Origin: Tubulanus polymorphus
Taxonomy: Eukaryota > Animalia > Nemertea
Direction of reading: 5' to 3'
Length of the DNA stretch: 64,000 nucleotides
NCBI RefSeq assembly: GCF_964204645.1
Contig: NC_134026.1
Location: forward strand, 25,826,150-25,890,149
Shown here in pieces: positions 52,601 through 64,000 of this stretch (its first letter is position 1; each line of letters begins with the position of its first letter). The notes beneath the pieces were generated by a model. It was not told where the DNA came from and did not search any database. It was given only the letters and a program-made list of their open reading frames with translations. The position numbers were made by a program, and so were the translations under genes.

Positions 52601-55600
52601 GCTTTCTCAATGATTCAAAAGCGAAATTGAAAACAAAATTCAATGTATACTTTACTCGAACAGTCCATTATGAAACGCCGTTAAGAAATTATGGACCACG
52701 TCTTCGGTGAAAATTGATTTATTGACTGTTTTAATAGAATATGTGATCAAAGTCAAAAGGGACGATTATTTGAAGCATTCTTCTAGTGTCGTGATTATTG
52801 GAGAATTTCAGAAGGGTAAAAAACATTTGCCGAAAAATTCAGCATATTTGAAATATCTTTCTCGTTAAAGGTGAATTGACATGAGAAAGATATTCGCTGA
52901 ATAGATGTGTGTGTGTATTCTTCTTCTCATAGATTAAATGCTTTTACTTTGATTAATAAGAGGTGTGAGGTATTTAATGGCCAGGTTTTCCTATGTTCAA
53001 TTTTAGTCTTACAAGATGCCCATCACACTTCGGTGTTAGATAACTGGTACACTGTATAATAAGACAAGTTATTTGCATAACATGATTTTCCGCAAACATT
53101 AAAGTTCACCGTTTGTTTGGTTTTTAACTGGTTTCGTTCACAATTGTTACGGCAGACAATAAATAATTTCAGTCCCACCTACGCACACAATAGATTTGCT
53201 GGATAATGACTGTTTCCGGATGTATTCTTTCATGACAATAAGTAATACTGACAACAATTGACAAACTATGAGGAACTAGGCACAGGGAAGGGTACAGTTC
53301 ACTGAACATATTGTCAATTATTCATTTATCACATACAATAGATGATTTGTCGTTCGACCATGAAAAACCTCAACAATCCATTGTACTATGTTGTTCATAC
53401 AATAGGCATCGTGCCATAACCGGTAGTAGTAAGTTATACTGTGACGAAGTATTGTCATTCACAGACAATGAAAGGAAGACACAATCCAGTATAAATGTCA
53501 CTGAAGATGGCTGATAATAGAAATTGTTGTCACGAAAATTAGACAAAAGAATTTAGATGACTGGGATAGTTGTTAGTCAACATTCTGCTGGCTAACATTA
53601 ACAATCTAAGAATCAAATCCACCATTTCAAGATATTGATCGTTACATCTATTTAGTATAGTTTTCAATCTATTGTTATTTGCAAAATAACTCAGTTGTCA
53701 GAATTTTAGTTTTGAAGGTTAATTTTGCCAGTAAGGTCTTCTAACAAAAAGACATTTCTCTTATTGGACTTCATCGATCGAGGCGATTATTACATTAGAC
53801 TCCGCTTGAGGGATTTCTTGGTATAATTTCTCGAATCGTGTCAATATAATGTGTTTAATAGGGACCAAATATCGTCAGATGTGTTAGGTATATTGCCACA
53901 CCTACACAAGAGGTATTGAATAAAGCCAGAAAGACTAAAGATGCTGAATTCGATCGTACATAAAGACATGAAATAGTAATAATCCATTTCTATATCACCT
54001 CGTAGCATTTTGAAAGAAAACTTGGTATTCTAGATATGTTTCCGTGTGGATTCTATAACTGACATTCTGGACGTGAAAAGTACGTATTTGATGTTGATTC
54101 AAGCACACCTCTGGAGTGGGTTCCACTTTCGGTGTACAGGCCGGAAATCTGTGTATGGAAGTCTAAACAGTGGTTTAATCATGGCATCATTACTAAAATC
54201 GGTAGAAGACTATAGTCATTTAATCTCCGGATTAGGTTTCGCAAAACGCCGAAACTTTTGTGACGAACCACAGCTCTCAACGTACAAAACTTCAATGCTC
54301 AATCATGTTTCATATAATCCCGCCATTTCTCAGACCTGCACTCCAAAAGGTTTGATTGTGGTGGAGTGTATATCTTGATAGACATAGGATTTTCATTCTG
54401 GATATTTATTCCTCAGAGGTACGTAATTCATGTACTGATAAATGTGATGAAATTTATACATAGAAAAATATTACATTTCGGGAATATTTTGTATGTTCAT
54501 TGTATATTTGCGATATTAATTCGAAAAGGTTAAGGGTATCTCCATGTCAAAATGACCATCCGTTCTCGTGTCCTGTGACGTGTTTCCGGTCTGATTTGAA
54601 GGGTTGGCACTGACAGAGCGATTGAAGACCTGTCAAACTATCCGTCTTTATTTCGGCAGGATATCCTCGCAAACAGTGCTAGCTATAGCAAACTGCTTGG
54701 TCAATGTTTCCGGCATTAGGAAACGTAAGAAAATATACAAAATTATCTTCGAAAATACTATTTATTCAGGCTTTAGTGCGGAGCAGGAGCTTGTGATGGT
54801 AAGGCAGCTATTTAAACTGATTTAGAATAGTTTTTGTCAACGCAAAACGGTCTAGAACTTACACTGTTGAATAAAGAAAACAAACGCGAACTAATTGAAT
54901 ATGAAAAGCAAAGCTTAACTTTTGTAATGGGCTCAAATTTTCGGAATAGCTTAAAGAATATCTGAAGCTTTTGTCAGATGTATTATATAGTTAATTCCTG
55001 AACATTCCATTGCGGATTTCAAAGGGGAAGTGAGAAACGAAATTGTAGACTTATATGTTTACCCAAGAGCAGTAAGGTTTGAATACATTTTCTATACCTC
55101 ACTTCTATTATGACTGGTTTTGGTGAACATATCTCATATAAATACAGCAAAACTTGAATAAACATTAATCTTTGCTGTGAAAATGCGTCGTGTGCTTAAG
55201 AAGTTGTTTGAACCAAACTGCCGTGGCGCCTGACTTCCGCCAGGCGTAGGTTTTCATGAATGTCACTTTCACTAGAAGATCATTAAATTCACACCAAAAA
55301 TCCTCTTCACGCATATTTAGTTTTGTCACGCTCACTAAATATGTCTCAGTAATAACCTCAAAAGGCAAATGTTTGAGGCTTTCGATTTGATGGAACATAT
55401 TTCTTGATCAGTTATGTTGCAAAATCCGTCAACCCCTGTTTTTAACTCTTTCAATCATTTAGATATTACGTACATTCTTATTTTAGCACGCAGCTTTTTA
55501 ATATCGTATTCAAAATTAAAAATTCGTAGCAATAAATCATGATTTTTGATGAAATCCTGTTATACTTTTTGGACATTTAAAGGCCGTTCTTTACAATCAA

Positions 55601-58600
55601 GGTATATATGTTTTAACAGAGCAAATTGTATAACACGAAGTTGATCTTTTGATGGGTGGTTTTCGAGAGTTTTCCGATGATTTATTGGTTGAATTCATTC
55701 TGGAAGCGAATTTTGGATTGCTGACAATAATAATGCGTATACATATCAAAAAGTACACATATTATGAGGGTTTTGACAGTAAACGAATGAAAAGCCAGAA
55801 GATAAACATTGAAACAGGATGTCTTCCTGGCGTAAGCGATATTTAAGTCAAGAAAGTCATGAAAAAAGATCGACATATATACACCACTGGATTTATGTTC
55901 TACCTGGATCTACGTTCAAACACTATTATGTAAAATATGAGAATATATTTTAAACATCGCTAACTCAAGTTAGATAATGCGTAAATTCAAGTGGTATATA
56001 TGGCCTTTTAGGTGTAAACCAGGTTTATATATAGTGGATCAAAATATTCGTATAGATATCCTAAAGTGCGAATTGTTTTCGAAAGAATATTTCTTCTCTA
56101 ACGATCGAGTACGCGTGCGAACGCTGGTTCCAGAGGACAAACCACATTCCAGTTGTCATTATAAATTTGTCAACCACCAACCCGGGAAATATTTCTTACA
56201 GACACCTGCTGACTAAGACTTAAAACATAATTTTTACAATATATGTGTTTTCATGATCCCTATTCCATTTTTTGGATGACATGCCTGTAGACGCAAGGCA
56301 AACACCTACACTGCATGCGTGTTCATTGGGCTGCATAGATATATTATTGCCCGTTTATATATATATATATCATCAGGGGACTTGCTATTTGTCAGTTCCT
56401 AGAAAAGTGGGTCGGGAATGTGATTTTGCTTTAATGAGGAATTGATTCGGTATCGGGCCTTTGTTCTTCTCGTTGGTAAAATGCAATCAAAGTCGATGGC
56501 CTAAAGGCTCGGGAACTGACGCGATACGCTGTGATTTTAATACACGACTTGCATTAGAAACAAAATAACACTCTGGAAAATTGTACACATATGACGTATA
56601 CGGTACACACGTGGGAATATGAAATGGAACATGTTTTCGCTCAATACTCATACATTTTGGTCATTTTACGTCCAACTACTGCAGCCAATAGGTAAGTGAA
56701 ATTCCGAGTCTTATTATAGCACGTCTGGAGCCTTTTTCCGTTTCCTTGCTCCAAAGGTCGAATAAAGACTGACATTTTTCTCCTGTCGGTATAAATTCGG
56801 TTCACTAAAAGATGCTACTCGATTAGGCACGTAATCAGGCAGTTAAAATATATTTTGGAGTGTTTATCAATGGAGATCACATCACAACCAACACTTGAAT
56901 CTGAGATTCTAAACTTTCCAGAACAAAGTTCGTTTTGTGCTCACCGTACTTGAAAACGACACCCTCGTTATTGCAATTTGACCTTCCAAATATTTAAATT
57001 CGAGATTTTCTTCAAGATTTCGTTCTAATAGTCACCTTGACAATACTCTTCACGGACTTTGAAACGAATGTGATCTTAGTGCTGGCGTCCTGAAGAATCT
57101 CGATTTGAGTGATTTAAAACGTCGTTGAGTACCGTGTCTAAAAATTCAAAATCTTTTGGGTCGCACTGACGTAACCGTCGATATCTATCGTAAGCTTTGA
57201 ATTGCAGTTTTTATAAATTTACGATTTCAAAAACCGGCTTTAGTGCACTGGTCCTTGCCGGTCGACGTCTGCACTGATATGAAAGTAACCAGAGATCCCA
57301 AACGAATGCAATTTCTTCTTGAAAGACCTTGGAGTATTACTCCAAGGAAAGACTATGAACCTACCTTCTCTATCAACACTGGATATTTCCAACTAGATAT
57401 AGTGGTTTGTATTATGAGTAGAATGAAATGCTGAAAATATTAGAATGTAACTGGAATCCGTTTGCCAGGTTTTGTTAACAATGCGTACGGGTGTGTTATT
57501 ATTTCTATGAGAAATCCACATCGAACTATCTCGATCCAGACTCCTTGGTACGTGCAAGAAAACAGGGACCGGTAAACGTATCTTTAGGATTCTCCGAAAA
57601 GAAAATAGGGGGTTGCTTGAACTTTTCGACTTTTACCATCAGTATTCAGATTCTAGGAATGACATGTTATATTCTCCACGTTTCTGTCAGCCGGTAACAT
57701 TATGACTATACGGTGTAGAACGTAACAACCTAAATAGCTAAACTAGTCTAATTGAAAAAAACTACGTATTCTGAAACCGTTTATGTTAGCTATTAAGACA
57801 CTTAATCTGCAGTTAAGTCGAAGATGTTGGAAGAAGGAATCGCTCGAATAGAATCAACTGTTTCATGAAGAAAAATGAGGGAATTCATCTATTAAGTTAG
57901 TTTTTGGTCTTCTTTGCTTTATGATTTATTCAATCCATAAATCGGGGAAACACCTGCGATACAATTAAAACGTTTTTGCAAGTGTATGAACAATCTAAAA
58001 ATTCAAAACCTTCGTTATTAAAAAGTTATTTATGAGTAGATTATTGATTGAAGCCAAATAAGTTATGTTTTAGCGTGTCTGTGTAATGGAAATCCTCTAG
58101 CGTCTTATGTTGGGGATCACAGTTGAAAGAAATCCATTTCGAACGACAAAATTCAATGGTTGATTGAATAATATTTGGTTTTCGGTATTATATGGTTATG
58201 ATGACGTATGTGCCTTGTCGATTACGCTTTTGGAACTCCTTATATAGTATATTACACCTTTGCAAGTGTAAATATATGCACCGAAGGCACAGGTAGTGAA
58301 AGTATGTCTCCAACTGTTCAAGACACATAGAACTATACCAGTGCGTTGTACTCAATATAGATACGTCTATTCAACCTGTAAAAACGTGTGAGCATTTTTA
58401 AAAGCTAGGTAAGATAAGACACCTTTTTAGAATTAGTGCTTATTAATTAAGAATCGACAAGGTTTATATAGTGTTTACAAATGTAATGTTAAGGCTTTAG
58501 TTGTTTACGCACATTTTACCAACGAAAATTAATACTTATGATTCATGTTTCACGATTTTTTGGAAATCCCTCAATTGCAAGGTTACCACCCATTCAGACC

Positions 58601-59045
58601 CGCCCCCTGGTTATCTGGCTCATCCCGGCACCCTCGTGGTGAGACAAATAGCTTTTCTTGGTGAGTCAATGATAAAGGTGGGGCATTTACGACCAATTCG
58701 GTTAATACTTAACCATTAATTTGCAGTTTTATGAAAAAAGACAAACTTCATAGAAATATGATATGATAAGTTCATAGTGTCCCCAAAATATGTCGGCGTT
58801 CTTGGGCTCCGAGTGCACAAGTACTAACATCGAAGTCTTTGAATACCACCTATATAACATGTGTCACCGTTTACTTATCCTTAGCATGTTTTTCATTGCA
58901 GACGATTTGGGAGGGGCTTTTGAGAGGCCAATATACTGATAACATTCACTGCGACATCAAAGTAACGAGAAAGATGAATCGTCAATTTCACCTTTAATAA
59001 CAGAAATATCGCACGTGGAAATCTACTAGTATAAACACCAGCTAT

Positions 59046-59057
59046 CCTATATAAGTC
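59046..59057 (+). promoter_or_regulatory. TATA box of the MMP gene, with an AP-1 site TGAGTCA at ~58662
   Basis: CCTATATAAG ~130 nt upstream of the ATG. AP-1 sites are common in MMP promoters. Confidence 0.45.
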
Positions 59058-59177
59058 ACAGCACAAGAATTCTTAGACATTGAAGCAGAGACTTAACCCG
59101 CGATTACTACACGAACAGAACCACAAATCCTGTATCGCACTTAGAAAATATCGACAACATATAACAATCAAAAGGCG

Positions 59178-62100
59178 ATGGTGAAAACGAAGATTGAAAG
59201 TGGATTTGTCACTATTTTTATGCTAAGTGTTATCTTGGCTCTGGTGAGTGGAGAATACGCCTACCAAGAAAGAAATCATGCTGATCAAAATCAGCAATCA
59301 AGAGCGCTATTAGTGGAGACGGAAGCTGATGCCGCAGTAAGTACACTCATGAACGCGGTTATTTTGAGTTACAATCACAAACTAAAAAAGTTCTGAAAGT
59401 CGATCGTATTTACCGTTTATGAGGCCCAATCGGTTTTACACATTGTCCATCAAATTCTTCTCATAATGGAGGTAAATGATAATTCAAATCCGATGCCACC
59501 ATTGATTGCCTTCTTTTCAGTATTTCACAATTTTTAATTCGCATTTTTTGTCTCAGAATAGTGACTATACCGACGAGCCAGTCAAAACAAGACGATCTAA
59601 TTATTATTCTAAGGGCCTACGGGTCTCATTTACATACCGTCGAATATCTTTTATGTATCAACTCATGCAACTATTCCGATATTTTTCTTTCGAAGTTTTC
59701 CACAAATGTAGCTCAATGGGTTCGATATGGTGTTCGGATTTTTCACGAGATAGCGTTTTTCAAAGCAGTGCAGTGTAGCTAGTACAAATACCAGACAAAT
59801 CCAAAATGCCCTGTTAAGGAATTTTTATTTGTCCTGTTTTAAAATGTAGTTTATTTTCTTTTTTCCAAGGCAATAATGGTGAAATATGGATACGTGGACT
59901 GTGAAGTTCATAAACAAGACGCCGGCCGTGCGTCAGACCTGGATCCGTCGGAACTCGGCCCAATCGATGCCATAAGTCATGAAACGGCAAAACGACAGAA
60001 ACAACTTTGTACTCGAGAACTGACGCGAAAAGCTATCCGAAAGTACCAGAAACAATTCAAACTTACAGAAACGGGTATCTTAGATGAAGCAACGAGAAAA
60101 TTGATGAGCGAAAAGCGTTGTGGAAATAAAGATTTCGGTGACACGGAGGAAGAACCACAAGTTACACCGGAAGCAGTTACTAGTACACAGAGAAGCATTC
60201 TCGACGTTGTTTTACCGACGGCGAGATCGCCTCTCGTTCGGCGAAGGCGAGCAATATCCGCCGTTATTCAGAAGATGAAAGAAAGGGACTCGCAACACAC
60301 GAAAAAAACCCGACGCATTCATCGATTAAGAACAAAATTAGGAATGCCAACTACACCGACGCCAAGGAACAGGCGAAAACGTTCACCGGTTATCGATGGA
60401 AATTCAACCCGGGCGTTTCTTTCAGATAAAATCATGTGGAGACTATTAGAGTACAGTGCCCGTATTCAACCCAGCGAGCAACTATCGACTTTGAACTTAG
60501 CATTTCGCATGTGGAGCGAGGTGATCCCGAAAGTGTTCACTCAGGAAAACAACGACCACATCTCAAGTGTAGATATCGAACTGGCTTTTGCTAAAGGTGA
60601 GCATGTGATACGCTTTGAATGTAATCATGTACAGCACGAGTGAGGGCCAGTCCGCGCCCGATGGTTCACAAGTTTATAGTATCAGAGCAAGCAATATAAT
60701 CTTAAGTGCACGAGGACTAAGGCTTCAAACACTGAAATCACCTTCTACCAAGATTTGATACAAGTATTAGAACTTAATACATAATGAAAGCACTCCGTGT
60801 AACTTCGCTCTCTGTCCTAAGTCAATACGGCGATGGAAGATAGGGTAAACATGTACACCACCATTCAACCAATATTCTATAGCTTAATTCAAGTCAATCT
60901 ATTATTACTTATCCTAGGGACACATCAGAATTGTGCTCGCGTTTTTGATGGCAACGGAGGAGAATTAGCACATTCCTGGTTGCATGGGGATATTCATTTC
61001 GATGATTCCGAGGACTTTAAAGCAACTGATGATACAGGAGTGCAGCTACTCCGCGTCGCTGTTCACGAACTTGGTCATTCACTCGGTCTCTCTCATAGTG
61101 CCTCTCGTGAATCCATCATGTACCCTATATATCGACCACAAGCTGCACCACATGATGACTTCGAGCTGCAACCGATAGATCGACAGCAGATTCAAGCCAT
61201 ATATGGTAAGAACTAATTTGATTTTGAAATGAAATAAAATTAGGCTACAACCAACCACGTTGAATACTGCTTATTTGAAGTAACCTGCGCTTTTCTTCTG
61301 TTCTATCATTTAAGGGGTGTGTAAGGGAACATTTGATACCGTATTCGATTATGTGCGAACTCTTCCCGATAGTACAAGTGTGTACAACACGTATTTTGTT
61401 CGTGGCAATCGTTATTGGATGTACGATAACAGAGAGCATAGGACTCGGTATGGGGATCCGTTGACTTTGACGAATGGTTGGTCGGGATTACCGGGAAAAA
61501 TCGACTCATATATTCACGTATACTATGACAATGGATTATCCGAGCATAGCGAACATTTTTTCTTTGCAGGTATGTCAAATAAAACCGTACATGATCATTG
61601 CAAAAATACCATTATTATTATCTTCAGATACATACACATCTATCGTTATATTTTAGGGGACAAATATAGCCAATTTGATCCCGTCTCGGATAGCATTAAG
61701 CCAGGTTATCCACGCTTGATATCACATGGTTTCGGCCCGGCTACTGGTCAAACCGAAGGTATTCCTGATAACATCGATGCGTCTTTCTTCGATCCTCGAA
61801 ATAGGTTAATCTATTTCTTCAAAGGAGAATACGTAAGTACCATCACGTTACACTGTTATGAAAAATCTAGTCATAAAATGGTGAGAGAGTTTCTGAATAC
61901 GTAATAGCTTTTATGTAAACTTGTTTGAATATTTTTAATATTAATATTAAAACATCTAAATAGTATTGATTCAAATCAGCCGTATTTCAATCCTTTTGCA
62001 GGTATACGCTTTTGATGAAAATCGAGATGGATGCTGTGAGTACAAAAAGAAGATTTCCGAAGAATTTCCTACGAAAGTTGGCAATATGCCACTTGTATCG

Positions 62101-62283
62101 AACGTTGATATCGTATACTATTCGTATTATTCGAAAAAAATGTATTTCATAAAAGGCGAGGATGTTTGGGAAAACGAAACCTTCCGAAAAAAATACAAGC
62201 CTCGACAGCCGTCGAACGTTAACAGTCTGATTTACGTCGGAAAATGGTTCAACAGATGGCACGACATCTGCGACACAGACTGA
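59178..62283 (+). CDS. MMP21: Matrix metalloproteinase 21-like. Exons 59178-59336, 59870-60596, 60918-61205, 61315-61569, 61657-61832, 62002-62283
   Basis: Signal peptide, peptidoglycan-binding-like AIRKYQKQFKLTETGILDEAT, cysteine switch KRCGNKD, furin site RRKR, AFRMWSEVIP, zinc motif HELGHSLGLSH and Met-turn SIMYP. Hemopexin domain with MMP21-type CKGTFDTVFD, NTYF, YWMY...RTRYGDPL and terminal WHDIC. Confidence 0.88.
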
Positions 62284-64000
62284 TAAAACTGTGTATCATC
62301 CTAGACAATTTAGCGATGACCGTTACAAAACGTTCTATACGAAAAATGTGATATGAAAAGTTGCAGTATTTTTGCAGATTGTGGTGAGTTTTTCGAGATG
62401 TTTCTGTGAAATCATTTTGATTTTGAAGAAAAGTTCATACGTATGCGCGTACGCATCACAGAACTGGTGTCGTTCCAATGAGTTCTCTTTTCTAAACTTT
62501 GAAGTTTCTCGAAAAACAAATGTATGAAAAAATCATTTGGATTGCTCAGAATCGGTTGTATATTAAATCTGGAAGATGCAATACTAACGCTTTGTAGGTA
62601 AATGCAACTCGACACGTCGACATACGATAGCATCTGACTGTGCAGTAACTATTTCTGCAAACATATAGTTAATATATTAAACAATTACAATATATGATGA
62701 TTACTCCGTGAGATAATTATTTTTGTATTTCGGTAGCGTTAGCATCAGATTACTTTGATGATTAATCGTTGTAACGAAATGGACACATCACGCGTCTCTT
62801 CACCAGAGAACTCGTGGTTAATAATACGTAGACTAATCTAATTCACGCTGGACAAAACTTACGTGTTTATCCGCCAAAAGTTTACCTGGACTCGGTTTCG
62901 TAATATATCACTCATATCACATACCGTATACGAAACCTTAACTGCTTCACATTCCTAACTGCTGCTTTAGTGTTTGACTTCATTTGGTTACAAAACGGAT
63001 ATCAAATTAACACGCAACCGCGGGTGACAAAAATGCATACTTAGATTCGATGCGGTTTCGATTTATGCAAATATTCAATGACAATGGCTGTGAAGTCGGC
63101 AGATTCACGTTTCCGGAAATGACGTCACGTAAATCATGTTTGCTTTTTGAACTTTTAACGTTTGTTACTATTTATCATTGGTTAACCTCGAAGAGATATC
63201 TGTAAAAAGCCATCCATTAGCCCAAGCCGTCCATTCAATCAGTACTTATATTCTTATCTGCTGCCTATTCTTTTCTCTAAAGCAAATATTTTTTTGCTGA
63301 GAAAATATACACCCTTGTCCTTTAAAATCAGCGTATTCCCCATTGGTTGTCATGTGATAATCAATTTTATCATTACTGTTGAAATGATTTTCGATGTTTT
63401 GGAAATTCCTTATTAGTTGGAGATTTACTTTTCGATTTCTGAATCGGTGAAAAGCATATATATTTTAAATCTAGGACACAATTTTATCCGGCATTTATTG
63501 TAGAAATTATTCATCTGTAAAAACATAACTTTTTATCTCTAATTTATTATCTTGGAGTTATTGCATTATAGTTTCATCATATCCATGCGTACCTTTTTTT
63601 GGTATACGTAGTCCTATCATACTGTGGGCCAGTCGTCATATAACCAAGCTCGAAAATCTTTTTCCTAGTTAAATATCATACCTGGTACCGTATTTCAAGC
63701 GATTTTTCCATCCCATTCGTCCTTTTCTATTTAAACTATTTTGTATGCTTTGAATCTCTTTTCTATGAGGCAAACACACTGCGTATAACAAAACTCTACG
63801 TAGACATTATTTTACATTTTTTAGCAACGAATTTCTTGTAATAGTTTATTTTTGTTAACTTAGAAACATTCATTTCCAGGTATCACATCGTATTTGCAAA
63901 AAAAGATAATTGAAACAGAAATGTTAGATGAAGAAATGTATTCAGATATTTTGTAAACACTGTAAGACTGTATGATAGATAGAATATTGTAATTACGGAT

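Overview
Eukaryotic, AT-rich genomic DNA with spliceosomal GT-AG introns, from a bilaterian invertebrate (probably lophotrochozoan; inference). The window has three zones. (1) 1-20.3 kb is a mosaic of at least six unrelated minisatellite/satellite arrays, microsatellites, MITEs and a LINE fragment. Hidden in it is a previously unlinked minus-strand orphan gene: TATA/Inr/CRE promoter at ~20.0 kb, a 5' leader containing (CAG)77, a 91-nt first coding exon at 19438-19348, and an in-frame splice across a 6.9-kb repeat-filled intron to a GC-rich Pro-rich/NLS exon at 12487-11733. (2) 21.7-43.7 kb is a compact gene block: NAGK, FBXW4, a mucin-repeat C-type lectin, an intronless class A GPCR, a CAP-EGF-3xShKT secreted protein, an MFSD4-like transporter and FADS6. 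(3) A ~15 kb gene-poor stretch is followed by a 6-exon MMP21-like gene. No CRISPR, rRNA or intact tRNA could be supported. All gene models were read by eye from splice signals and motifs; no searches were run.
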